This document shows, piece by piece, positions 1 to 9,149 of a stretch of 64,000 bases of DNA. The notes under the pieces are model-generated. The model ran no database searches and was not told where the DNA came from. It was given only the letters and a program-made list of their open reading frames with translations. The stretch is from Acidobacteriota bacterium (GTDB lineage: Bacteria > Acidobacteriota > Terriglobia > Versatilivoradales > Versatilivoraceae): the NCBI GenBank assembly GCA_022616615.1, contig JAKEER010000295.1, positions 9,768-73,767 of the forward strand. Reading direction: 5' to 3'. The translations under genes and the position numbers were made by a program. Each line of letters starts with the position of its first letter. Positions within the stretch are counted from its first letter, which is position 1.

Positions 1-132
1 AACCTCCACCCCATCATGGGGCAGACACCCCTGGTCATGTTTTATCCGGGTCGTTACGACGGCCAGTCGGTGCGGCTATTTGGAAAGCTGAAACAGAACA
101 ACTACTACCGGGCCTTCAACCTCATTCCGTAA
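1..132 (+). CDS. brxB: BREX protein BrxB (DUF1788), C-terminal end only (5' partial)
   Basis: Frame 1 reads ...TPLVMFYPGRYDGQSVRLFGKLKQNNYYRAFNLIP*. This C-terminal signature and the position directly upstream of brxC fit DUF1788/BrxB. Confidence 0.7.
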   Translation, partial: NLHPIMGQTPLVMFYPGRYDGQSVRLFGKLKQNNYYRAFNLIP

Positions 133-146
133 GAGGAGAGCCAGGC

Positions 147-3100
147 ATGCTGATCCAGAACCTTTTTGAGCGAAATATCCATCGCCCCATCAACGGGGTC
201 GTCAAGGCCGATCAACTCGACGATTCCTCCGTCTGGCAGGAGCTGGACGAGTTTGTCGTCACTCGCGAACTGGACCAACATCTCCGCCGGTTCTTCTCCG
301 CTTACACCGACGCCATCAGCCAGAAGAAAGACCCCGATGTGGCAAGCAAGATTGGCGTCTGGGTTTCCGGTTTCTTTGGATCAGGCAAATCGCACTTCAT
401 CAAAGTTCTTTCCTACCTGCTTCGTAACCACGAGCATTCCCATGAGGGCCAGACCAAGAGAGCTACTGAATTTTTTCAAAGCAAGATCCAAGACGCCATG
501 CTGTTTGGCGACATTCAGCGATCTGTCGCATCAAATACGGATGTCATTCTATTCAATATCGACAGCAAGGCCGACAGTCGCGCTGGACGGGACGCCATTC
601 TCCAAGTCTTCTTGAAGGTCTTGAATGAAATGCAGGGCTACAGCGGCGATCATCCGCACATCGCTCACATGGAACGCTATCTGGAGAGCAAGGGAAAGCT
701 GCAACAGTTTCACGAGGCGTACGAGGCGGCGACAGGCGCCGGCTGGCACACCGAGCGCGACGCCTATCAGTTCAACCGGGACGAAGTCGTCAAGGCGCTC
801 ACCGGCACCCTCAACCTCAGCAAAGAATCAGCGGACAAGTGGATTGATGGGGCCGAAACCAGCTTTGCCCTTACTATTGAGAACCTCTGCAAGTGGGTTA
901 AAGACTACCTGGACTCCAAAGGTCCGGATCATCGCCTGCTGTTTCTGGTCGATGAAGTCGGTCAGTTTATTGGCACTGATTCCCATCTCATGCTCAATCT
1001 GCAAACAATCACTGAAGAATTGGGAACGATCTGCCAAGGCCGCGCCTGGGTCGTCGTCACTTCGCAAGAAGACATCGATTCTGTCCTGGGTGAGATGAAG
1101 CAAAGCCGCGCCAACGATTTTTCCAAGATCCAGGGCCGATTCAGAACTCGTCTCTCGCTGTCCAGTGCCAACGTCGATGAAGTCATTCAATCCCGGCTGC
1201 TGGCCAAGCACCAGGAAGTGGAGGAGGAGCTTCGAGACATTTTCAAGACCAAAGGCGACATCCTTAAAAACCACCTCACCTTCACCCAATGCGGGATGAC
1301 GCTCAAGCCCTATAAGGACCGCGACGACTTCGTTAGGAACTACCCCTTCGCTCCTTACCAGTTTCAGCTCGTACAAAAAATCTTCGAAGCCATTCGACGG
1401 GCCGGAGCCACCGGTCTGCACCTGTCCCGTGGAGAACGTTCCGTCCTCGATGCTTTTCAGTCGGCAGGCAAGCAAGTCGCACTCAACGAAATCGGGATTC
1501 TTGTCCCGCTCTATCGATTCTACCCATCCATTGAGAGCTTCCTCGACACTGCGGTCAAACGCACCATCGACCAAGCCAGAGTCAATGCCAGCCTGGAGGA
1601 CTTTGACATCCACCTTCTCCAAGTTCTTTTCCTCATTCGATACGTCGATGAAATGAAAGGCAACGTCGATAACCTGGTCACCCTTTGCCTCGACCAGATC
1701 GATGCCGACCGGCTGGCACTGCGGCGCAAGATCGAAGCTAGTCTTGGACGGCTGGAGAAAGAAACGCTCATCAGTCGCAATGGCGATATCTATTTCTTTC
1801 TCACCAACGAAGAAAGAGACATCGGCCGGGAGATCAAGTCGGTTGAGATCAACTCTGGTGAAGAGCCAAAGCTCCTGGGTGAACTCATCTTCACTGAAGT
1901 CTTGAAAGATCAACGAAAGTACCGCTACCCCGTCAACAAGATGGATTTCGCATTCAACCGCGTCTGCGACCTTTACACAGTTGGCAATCGGTCAGACGGG
2001 GCTCTCCAAGTCTCGGTCGTCACGCCTTTGAATGATGACTACGACTACTACGACAAAGGGAAACGTATTCTCGAAAGTGGCGCGGAAGGTGGGCAAGTCC
2101 TCTTCAAGTTGGGCAATGACGACAAGCTAAGCCGCGAACTGCGGATCTATCTGCAAACCGACAAATACGTCAAGCATAAGAGCGATGGCACTCAGGCAGA
2201 ATCAACCAAAAAGATTCTCAGGGGAATCGCTGAAGACAATCAGGAACGGCGCGGCCGGCTCGTCACCTTGCTAGACGAGCTGTTAGCGAGTTCGGAAGCC
2301 TACGCGGCCAGCCAGCAGCTCAAACTGAAGTCCACGGGCTCCATCACGTCGCTCCACGAATCATTGGAATATCTCGTTCGAAACACTTTCAACAAGATGG
2401 GTTATCTCAAGAAGATCCATCCCGATCCTCTTCCGGAGATCCAGGCCATCCTTCGCAGCAATGATATCGCTCAAGAGACGTTGGACTTGGACATGGAGGA
2501 TGGAAACAAGCAAGCTGTGGATTACCTCCGCAATTATGTCGAACTCTGCTCGGCCACGAGCAAGCAAGTTGTGCTGTACGACCTCATCGACAAAAAGTTC
2601 TCCCTGCGGCCTTACGGCTGGCCTGAAAACGAAGTGCTTGTCATCGTGGCTCGTCTTCTGGTTCTGGGGCAAATCAGCCTCATGATGGATGGTGCCCTCA
2701 TTCCGCTCGACAAGGTCTACGAAGCCATCACCTCACCCGCCAAGCAGCGCAAGATTCTCCTCATCAAACGGCAGACTTCCGATCCAGCGGCTGTGCAGAA
2801 AGCCCGAAGCCTGGGGAAGGAGCTGTTTCATGAAATGGGACCAGACGGTGAAGACCCACTCTTCACGCATTTGCAGATAAAACTCAAAGGCTGGCAGTCC
2901 TCCCTCAACACTTACAAGCCTCTGGCCGACACTGGCGACTACCCGGGCAAAGCGGAGATCGATGATGGACTAGTCCTGATCAAGAAGCTGCTCAGCGACA
3001 CCAGCAGCTTCAAGTTCATCGAACGCTTCAACACATTGAAAGACGACCTGCTGGAATTCGCTGGTCATTTCCAGGATCTGGAGCAGTTCTACGAACACCA

Positions 3101-3740
3101 GAAGCCCTCCTGGGAGAAACTTCGGAAGGCGCATAGCCAGTTCCAGCTCAACCGAATGGAACTGGACCGCGATGGTAAGGCAGGCCCTCCTTTCAGGCGC
3201 ATTGAGCAGATACTTGACGCCAAGAGTCCCTATGCATTGATCCATGAGGGAGAGAAACTGATTAACTCTGTGGCTGGAGTCAACACGGCACTGCTCACCG
3301 AACGCCGCAATCAGGTTGACGAAAGGATCAACGGCTACGTGGCCACTCTCAGCAAAGACATCGCTGCGGCCAACGGCGACGAGAACCTTCGCGTGGCCTG
3401 CCTCCGCCAGTTGGAGTCAGTCCGCCAGCAGATCGCTTCAGAAAACAGCCTGGCCCACATCACCCAAGCGGAAGGCGAGGCTCTCAAGGAATTCGATTTG
3501 GCTGTGGCTCGGATTGAGGTATTCGCCAAGAATGCTGCCGAGAAGGAGACGATCAAAGATCCATCGAAAGACCCGCACAAGCCAACGTCAGCCATCAAGA
3601 AGCAGCGGATTGTCGAACCCGCCAAGCTGGTCAAGACGATCTATCTCGAAACGACAGAGGACGTAGCTGGCTTTCTTGATGATTTACGGCAGGAGCTTGA
3701 AACGGGCATCAACAACAACGAACGCATTCAGATCCGCTGA
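147..3740 (+). CDS. brxC: BREX system P-loop ATPase BrxC (DUF499 family), apparently intact
   Basis: 1197-aa ORF. The N-terminus MLIQNLFERNIHRPINGVVKADQ and Walker A GFFGSGKSHFIKVL are typical of BrxC/PglY. Size and position in the brxB-brxC-pglX-pglZ-brxL order fit. Confidence 0.85.
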   Translation: MLIQNLFERNIHRPINGVVKADQLDDSSVWQELDEFVVTRELDQHLRRFFSAYTDAISQKKDPDVASKIGVWVSGFFGSGKSHFIKVLSYLLRNHEHSHEGQTKRATEFFQSKIQDAMLFGDIQRSVASNTDVILFNIDSKADSRAGRDAILQVFLKVLNEMQGYSGDHPHIAHMERYLESKGKLQQFHEAYEAATGAGWHTERDAYQFNRDEVVKALTGTLNLSKESADKWIDGAETSFALTIENLCKWVKDYLDSKGPDHRLLFLVDEVGQFIGTDSHLMLNLQTITEELGTICQGRAWVVVTSQEDIDSVLGEMKQSRANDFSKIQGRFRTRLSLSSANVDEVIQSRLLAKHQEVEEELRDIFKTKGDILKNHLTFTQCGMTLKPYKDRDDFVRNYPFAPYQFQLVQKIFEAIRRAGATGLHLSRGERSVLDAFQSAGKQVALNEIGILVPLYRFYPSIESFLDTAVKRTIDQARVNASLEDFDIHLLQVLFLIRYVDEMKGNVDNLVTLCLDQIDADRLALRRKIEASLGRLEKETLISRNGDIYFFLTNEERDIGREIKSVEINSGEEPKLLGELIFTEVLKDQRKYRYPVNKMDFAFNRVCDLYTVGNRSDGALQVSVVTPLNDDYDYYDKGKRILESGAEGGQVLFKLGNDDKLSRELRIYLQTDKYVKHKSDGTQAESTKKILRGIAEDNQERRGRLVTLLDELLASSEAYAASQQLKLKSTGSITSLHESLEYLVRNTFNKMGYLKKIHPDPLPEIQAILRSNDIAQETLDLDMEDGNKQAVDYLRNYVELCSATSKQVVLYDLIDKKFSLRPYGWPENEVLVIVARLLVLGQISLMMDGALIPLDKVYEAITSPAKQRKILLIKRQTSDPAAVQKARSLGKELFHEMGPDGEDPLFTHLQIKLKGWQSSLNTYKPLADTGDYPGKAEIDDGLVLIKKLLSDTSSFKFIERFNTLKDDLLEFAGHFQDLEQFYEHQKPSWEKLRKAHSQFQLNRMELDRDGKAGPPFRRIEQILDAKSPYALIHEGEKLINSVAGVNTALLTERRNQVDERINGYVATLSKDIAAANGDENLRVACLRQLESVRQQIASENSLAHITQAEGEALKEFDLAVARIEVFAKNAAEKETIKDPSKDPHKPTSAIKKQRIVEPAKLVKTIYLETTEDVAGFLDDLRQELETGINNNERIQIR

Positions 3741-3746
3741 AATGCT

Positions 3747-3888
3747 AACCACGGATTTCACCGATGACACTGATCAAAGCAGGAAAAGCCAGATCACGTG
3801 AGGTTAATCAAGCGAATTGCGGAGGCGCACAAAACGGTTGAGTTTTTCCACCTCAGGTTCCATCTGTGTTATCCGTGTCATCCGTGGT
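3747..3888. repeat. Inverted pair of CACGGAT-word repeats (R1 3747-3779 forward, R2 3864-3888 reverse) in the brxC/GxxExxY junction
   Basis: R1 is aaccacggatttcaccgatgacactgatcaaag. R2 is ctgtgttatccgtgtcatccgtggt, the reverse complement of accacggatgacacggataacacag. The arms are separated by ~85 nt. Confidence 0.85.
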
Positions 3889-3891
3889 CGA

Positions 3892-4278
3892 GTGAATTCA
3901 GTGATTGCCAAAGAGTTGATCCACAAGGAACTGAGCGAGTCGATCATCGGAGCGGCGATGACGGTTCTGAACACGTTGAAGCCAGGCTTGGATGAAAAGC
4001 TCTATGAGAAAGGATTGGTCATCGAGCTTCGCAAACGGAATCATCAGGTGGAGCAACAGCGGCAGTTTCCGGTGCGCTATGAGGGTCAACTGATCGGAAC
4101 ACTCACCCCAGACTTGATTGTTGACGGCCTGGTGATTGTAGATACCAAGGTTGTCACGGCATTCAACGAAACCCACATGGCGCAGATGTTGGGTTACCTG
4201 AACATCACCGGATTGCGCTTAGCATTATTGCTGAACTTCAAGAACGCCAAGTTGGAATGGAAGCGAGTGGTCCGCTAA
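3892..4278 (+). CDS. GxxExxY protein (PD-(D/E)XK nuclease-fold family)
   Basis: ELSESIIGAAMTVLNTLKPGLDEKLYEKGLVIEL contains the G-x-x-E-x-x-Y motif (GLDEKLY). D...DTK and LLLNF...EWKRV are typical of the family. The start is taken at GTG 3892, after repeat R2; the longer ORF from 3817 translates the repeat. Confidence 0.8.
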   Translation: MNSVIAKELIHKELSESIIGAAMTVLNTLKPGLDEKLYEKGLVIELRKRNHQVEQQRQFPVRYEGQLIGTLTPDLIVDGLVIVDTKVVTAFNETHMAQMLGYLNITGLRLALLLNFKNAKLEWKRVVR

Positions 4279-4498
4279 CCACGGATTACACGGATGACAC
4301 GGATAAAGGCTGAAGATCAGATTGTGCGAAACTGATTTCAACCTGCATTTACTATTCAGGTTTTAGGCTGCTATCTGTTGAACAACCTGGATCGTTATTG
4401 GTTTGAAGGCTGACGAACATCCTTGTCGTCCACAGGTCTGTGACTCGTGGCCGATTATCGCAATGCTTTAATCGGTGTTATCCGTGTCATCCGTGGTT
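4277..4498. repeat. Inverted pair of CACGGAT-word repeats (R3 4277-4309 forward, R4 4473-4498 reverse) in the GxxExxY/pglX junction
   Basis: R3 is aaccacggattacacggatgacacggataaagg and overlaps the GxxExxY stop codon. R4 is cggtgttatccgtgtcatccgtggtt. A ~160-nt spacer lies between them. Confidence 0.9.
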
Positions 4499-4512
4499 GT
4501 CTTTTGCTTTAT

Positions 4513-5186
4513 ATGAATCGCACCAAGCTCAAGAACTACGCTACCCAGGCACGTCGCGACTTCATCCAGGCCGTCACAGATCGTGCGGCCTACCACGGCC
4601 TCACCGCCAAGAAGGTGGAGCCTGTTACCCAGAAGGGTGACGTGGCCATCATCGAGGGCACGGCGTTTCCCCGGAGCGCCGTCCGGAAACGGAAGCGGCT
4701 GGAAGAACGGATCAGCCAGCATGGCTTTCAGCAGACGATGGAAGCGATGGCCTATACCTGGCCACAGGGTTGTACAAAGACCACCTGCAAACTTACAAGA
4801 AGCGCCCCATCTACTGGCTGTTTTCAAGCGGCAAACAGAGGGCGTTCCAGTGCCTTGTCTATCTCCACCGCTACCACGAAGGCACCCTGGCACGAATGCG
4901 CACGGAATACGTGATTCCCCTTCAGGGCAAGATCGCAGCCCGTCTTGAGCATCTAGCGCGTGATATTGCAGGAGCGGCCTCGACGACTCTCCGTCGAAAA
5001 CTGGAGAAGGAACGTGACGCGCTTCTAAAACATCAGAACGAACTACGCACGTTCGACGAAAAACTGCGCCACTACGCCGACCAGCGCATCAGCCTGGACC
5101 TCGATGATGGTGTGAAGGTGAACTACGGCAAGTTCGGCGACCTCCTGGCTGAAGTTAAAGCCATAACCGGAGGAAGCGACGACTAA
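4513..5186 (+). pseudogene. pglX: pglX (BREX adenine methyltransferase) remnant: N-terminal ~83 codons fused out of frame to C-terminal ~135 codons, methyltransferase core missing
   Basis: 4513-4761 encodes MNRTKLKNYATQARRDFIQAVTDRAAYHGL...MEAMAYTW, a PglX N-terminus. 4770-5186, in another frame, encodes ...KKRPIYWLFSSGKQRAFQCLVYLHRYHEGTLARMRTEYV...DLDDGVKVNYGKF, a PglX C-terminus. Intact PglX proteins are roughly 1100-1250 aa. Confidence 0.8.
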
Positions 5187-5203
5187 CTTCAGCCAAGAGG
5201 CTT

Positions 5204-5291
5204 GACCACGGATCACACGGATGGCACGGATAGTGCAGGTGCAAGACAAGGAATTGGATTTCTATCGGTGTCATCCATGTGATCCGTGGTT
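5204..5291. repeat. Inverted pair of CACGGAT-word repeats (R5 5204-5233, R6 5262-5291), hairpin with 28-nt loop
   Basis: R5 is gaccacggatcacacggatggcacggatag. R6 is ctatcggtgtcatccatgtgatccgtggtt. 26 of 30 positions are complementary. Confidence 0.9.
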
Positions 5292-5335
5292 CAATAACCG
5301 TCGTTGAATCGCTTGTAAGGAAGGAGTAACTCCAT

Positions 5336-5569
5336 ATGTCTTCGAACGTCACGTTGCAGGAAGCCCAGGCCCACTTGGCTGAGCTGATCGCCAAACTGGC
5401 CCCTGGTGAGGAAGTCGTCATCCTCCAAAATGACCAACCCATAGCGAAGCTCGTAGGCGAACCCGCGGCGATCCGTCAACCCCGGCAACCGGGCAGCGCC
5501 AAAGGCAGGCTAACGATCTTGGCAAACGATGACGACCATCTGGATGACTTCAAAGAGTACATGCAATGA
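5336..5569 (+). CDS. Type II antitoxin, Phd/YefM (prevent-host-death) family
   Basis: 77 aa. MSSNVTLQEAQAHLAELIAKLAPGEEVVILQNDQPIAKLV is a typical Phd/YefM-like N-terminus. The ATGA overlap with the downstream PIN gene indicates translational coupling. Confidence 0.75.
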   Translation: MSSNVTLQEAQAHLAELIAKLAPGEEVVILQNDQPIAKLVGEPAAIRQPRQPGSAKGRLTILANDDDHLDDFKEYMQ

Positions 5570-5952
5570 GGCTGCTGCTCGACACGCATACGTTCTTGTG
5601 GTTTCTGCTGAATGACGCGCAATTGACTGAAACCGCAAGGAGCTTGATTGCCGATTCCGGCAACGACATTGAGATCAGCCCGGCCAGCATCTGGGAGATT
5701 GCCATCAAGATCAGCTTGGGCAAGTACGCGCTAACCGAACCGCTCGAAGCGTTCATGGAACGCGAGATGACGGCAAACGGATTCCGCCTTTTGGCGCTTG
5801 AGATCAAGCACATCTCGGTGGTCACGACGCTGCCGTTCCATCACCGCGATCCCTTCGACAGATTGTTGGTGGCACAGGCCATCGCCGAGCAGATCCCAAT
5901 CATCAGCGGAGACCAGATGCTGGATGCCTACCCCGTGCAGCGGCTGTGGTAA
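5566..5952 (+). CDS. vapC: Type II toxin VapC (PIN-domain ribonuclease)
   Basis: 128 aa. LLLDTHTFLWF...SPASIWEIAIKISLGK...HHRDPFDRLLVAQA carries the PIN acidic residues and typical VapC motifs. Confidence 0.8.
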   Translation: MRLLLDTHTFLWFLLNDAQLTETARSLIADSGNDIEISPASIWEIAIKISLGKYALTEPLEAFMEREMTANGFRLLALEIKHISVVTTLPFHHRDPFDRLLVAQAIAEQIPIISGDQMLDAYPVQRLW

Positions 5953-5959
5953 GGATTTT

Positions 5960-6122
5960 GATCACGGATAGCACGGACAACACGTGTGAAGTAAGCCTTG
6001 ACACCATGAAGAATGTAGCCCCAGTGACTTTATTTTATGGCAAGGTCCCCTGTTGATGATGCCAGTAACGACCCGAGTTGGGACCAAGTCTCTTATCAGT
6101 GTTATCCGTGTCATCAGTGGTT
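5960..6122. repeat. Inverted pair of CACGGAT-word repeats (R7 5960-5984, R8 6097-6122) in the vapC/pglZ junction
   Basis: R7 is gatcacggatagcacggacaacacg. R8 is cagtgttatccgtgtcatcagtggtt. This pair is a more degenerate copy of the same family. Confidence 0.8.
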
Positions 6123-6133
6123 GAGAACTGCTA

Positions 6134-8777
6134 ATGGATTCCAAGCAAATCAACGACGCGCTGGACCGCGTCTTTAACCAGGAGGCAGAACGGATCGTCT
6201 TCTGGAACGATCCTGATGCTGAGTTCCGGGAGTTCGTGGACCGTCTCCCCATTCTCACGTTCGGCAGCGTGAGCGTGAACATTCTGCGTCTGGACCAGAC
6301 CAGCGCCCTTGAGGCCAAGATCCGGTTGGAACAGGAAGCTCCAGATCATCGCTTCTTGGTCTACTCGCCAACGGAAGAGCCTGACTACGAGAAGGACTGG
6401 TTGCTGGACATCCGCCTCTTCAGCCGCAGCTTTCGTGCTGACAAAGCTTCAATCGTGCTCGACGAGCTTGGCCTGACAAACCAACACCTTCGGCTACACC
6501 TGGCCGAACGGCGCAAGTTCTTCGACAACAAGGAGCGCCTTCAGAAGATGAAGTCCCTGGTCGCGGCAGACGACGCCGCTGCCGATCTGGACCAGAAGAT
6601 GATCGCGGTGGTCGCTAAGGCGGAGCAGCCTGAGTTCTTCAACATCATCCGCACACTATTCCACACTTTCGCCGAAACAGCCCAGGGCATTGACTTGGAT
6701 ACTCCGCCTACGGTCTGGGAGCAGGTTGAGAGATTTGATTTAGCCGAGCCCTTCTGGCAGATGGTGAGAACTTGCATTCGGTTATTCGGAACAAGACCCG
6801 AACCTGAAGAACTTCCTCATTCAACTGTTTGTTACCGATTTTGCTCAGCAGTTAAAGACAGGGTTGCCACCCGCTCTTCAGCATCTTCAATTGCCCTCGG
6901 GAGGCCGGGCGAACGCCGTTGTCTGCCTGGCTCAGTGGCGCGACAGTAGCAGCAAGGGAAGCAGCTATGATCGTCTTTCCGCCTTGGTTGCTGCCCTGAT
7001 CAAGCTCTGGGATTGCCTCGGTTCCACTGAGATGGGTGGTCTGATTGACGTGATGACGTTCCGGATTGTGGACCAGAAAATTGCCAACACCTTGTGCGAG
7101 CGAGTGAAGAACACGGCAGACACGATCAATGCGGATGAGGTCCGTGCCATCGCGACCCGCCGACAAGCAGGCCATTGGGCTTCACTAAGCGTTTCCGGAG
7201 CGCCCGAGGTTCTTCGAAAGCCACTCCATGCGGTTTTCGATGCGTTGGTGGCTGCCAGCGAGTTCTTTGCCTTGCGGAACCAACACCAGAGCAGCTTCGA
7301 TTTTGCTGATGCCGCTGGGCTGTATCGCGCCTATGAGAAGGAACTCTACCGCTACGACCAGTTGTATCGGCATTTCTGCGAGTCCGCCGATGATGCCGAG
7401 GCGGAGGGCTGGGATGTTCTCAAGTCTCTGCGCGAGTCTTTGGAAGCCTGTTATGCCAACTGGTATCTCCCTACGCTTGGCCTGAGTTGGGGCAAGTTTG
7501 TCGAACCAGCAAGCCAACTCCCCTTGTTGACCCATTGGCGGATTGATGAAGTTCCCAGCCAGCAGCAGTTCTTCGAAGAGCACGTTCGGAGACGATTGGA
7601 AGAAGCCGAGAACCGCAAGGTTTACGTCATTATCAGCGATGCTTTCCGCTATGAAGCAGCCGAGGAGCTGAGCCGCGAACTCAACGGCAAGTATCGCTTT
7701 GAAGCCAGCCTCACATCTCAACTGGGGGTGCTGCCTTCTTATACCGCTTTGGGGATGGCCAGTTTACTGCCCCACAAGAAGTTGGCCTACAAGGCCAATG
7801 GTGAGGTTCTCGTGGACGATTTGCCCACCGTTACGCTTGAGGACCGGAACGATATCCTTGCTGCGAGAAGCGGAATGACTTGCAAGCCTACGGATTTGAC
7901 GGAGAGAAAGAAGGACGAAGGAAGAGAGTTCGTCAGTGGAAAACGAGTGGTTTACATCTACCACAACACGATTGACGCCACGGGTGAATCGAACATCACT
8001 GAGGGACGAACTTTTCATGCAGTGCGAACGGCGATTAATGAGCTGGCCTCCCTGGTGAGTTACATCATCAACAACCTGAACGGCAACTTCATTCTGATCA
8101 CGGCAGATCATGGGTTCCTTTTCACTGAGACAACTCCCGGTGAGCCTGAGAAGAGCAAAGTTCAGCAGAAGCCGGAAGGCACCGTCCAATTAAAGAAGCG
8201 ATATCTGATCGGGCAGGATCTTCCCGACCATGAATCGGTTTGGCACGGCAGGACTTCAATCACAGCAGAGGCCGAGGGAGATATGGAGTTTTGGATTCCC
8301 AAGGCAGCCAATCGGTTCCATTTCCTTGGTGGAGGACGCTTTATCCACGGTGGCGCGATGCCGCAAGAGACTGTCGTTCCGCTCATTACGGTGAGGCACG
8401 TCAAAGGGAAGTCTATTAAGGACACCACTACCAAGTTTGTCACGGTCCATGTGCTGGGAAGCAGCCACAAGATCACGACGAACCGGCACCGATTTGAATT
8501 GATTCAGATGGAGCCAGTAACCGAGCGGGTCAAACCGGTGACCCTCAAGGTAGCCATCTACGAAGGCGATGAGCCCGTGACCAACATCGAAGCCGTGACC
8601 TTCGATAGTGCCTCAGACAAGATGGAGGACCGGAGAAAGTGGGTTCCTTTGGTCTTGCGGGATCGGCAGTACAACAAGAAGACCTCCTACTATCTGATTT
8701 TGCGAGACTCCAAAACCAACCTCGAACAACAGCGGGTTGAAGTGACAATTGACAAGGCATTCAGCGATGACTTCTGA
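6134..8777 (+). pseudogene. pglZ: pglZ (BREX alkaline-phosphatase-fold protein) with a single frameshift near 6765
   Basis: The N-terminal ORF (6134-, frame 2) reads to ...LAEPFWQMV. Homology continues in frame 3 from 6768 as ELAFGYSEQDPNLKNFLIQLFVTDFAQQL...AQWRDSS...ITADHGFLF (PglZ domain). A frame-3 stop TGA lies at 6765-6767. Confidence 0.75.
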
Positions 8778-9145
8778 CACCGACAAACTGCAATTCAATC
8801 TGGACGATCTGCTGAACCGGCACTTTGCCGGCCGGGTGGTTCGCAAGGATCTGACCAAACTGGTGAAGGAAGGCGCCAACGTTCCAGTGTACGTGCTGGA
8901 ATATCTGTTGGGATCGTACTGCGCCTCAAACGATGAGGCGGTCATCGAGGACGGTCTCAAGACGGTGAAAAAGATCCTCGCGGAAAACTACGTCCGGCCC
9001 GACGAGGCCGAAAAAGTGAAATCGACGATTCGGGAGCGCGGCAGCCTGAAGGTGATCGACAAGATTTCCGTAACACTTAATGAAAAAAGGGATGTCTACG
9101 AGGCCCTGCTTGCAAACCTGGGAGTGAAAGGCGTGGAAGTGACCA
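8767..9145 (+). pseudogene. brxL: brxL (BREX Lon-like protease) 5' remnant, about 125 of about 680 codons
   Basis: MTSDTDKLQFNLDDLLNRHFAGRVVRKDLTKLVKEGANVPVYVLEYLLGSYCASNDEAVIEDGL...VRPDEAEKVKS...VIDKISVTLNEKRDVYEALLANLGVKGVEV matches the BrxL N-terminus. The ATG overlaps the pglZ end. After ~9145 the ORF continues to 9672 in unrelated low-complexity sequence. Confidence 0.75.
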
Positions 9146-9149
9146 GTAG

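Noticed and set aside
828-1913. Long antisense ORFs opposite well-supported genes: 828-1913(-) vs brxC, 15134-15982(-) vs rny, 25999-27171(-) vs the dehydratase, 34922-35641(-) vs the sigma factor, 38787-39479(+) vs the M2 peptidase, 52158-53249(+) vs the dehydrogenase, 56701-57957(-) vs ftsI, 45850-46431(-) and others.
   Set aside because: The translations are Arg/Gly/His-rich and low in complexity and carry no recognisable motifs. The opposite strand in each case carries textbook motifs. These are typical shadow ORFs of GC-rich DNA.
3817-3891. N-terminal extensions of ORFs that translate the CACGGAT repeats (…ICVIRVIRG… at 3817 and …IGVIRVIRG… at 4447).
   Set aside because: The same peptide arises wherever the reverse-oriented repeat is read in frame. 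Family-typical N-termini begin just downstream: GTG 3892 for GxxExxY and ATG 4513 for PglX.
3747-6122. Interpreting the repeat-bracketed modules as integron gene cassettes with attC sites (a CALIN-like array).
   Set aside because: There is superficial similarity: same-strand small cassettes including a TA pair, separated by imperfect inverted repeats of 90-220 bp. However, the outer boxes do not fit the RYYYAAC/GTTRRRY core sites, no intI gene is in the window, and the repeats also flank bona fide BREX genes. It is kept only as a remote possibility.
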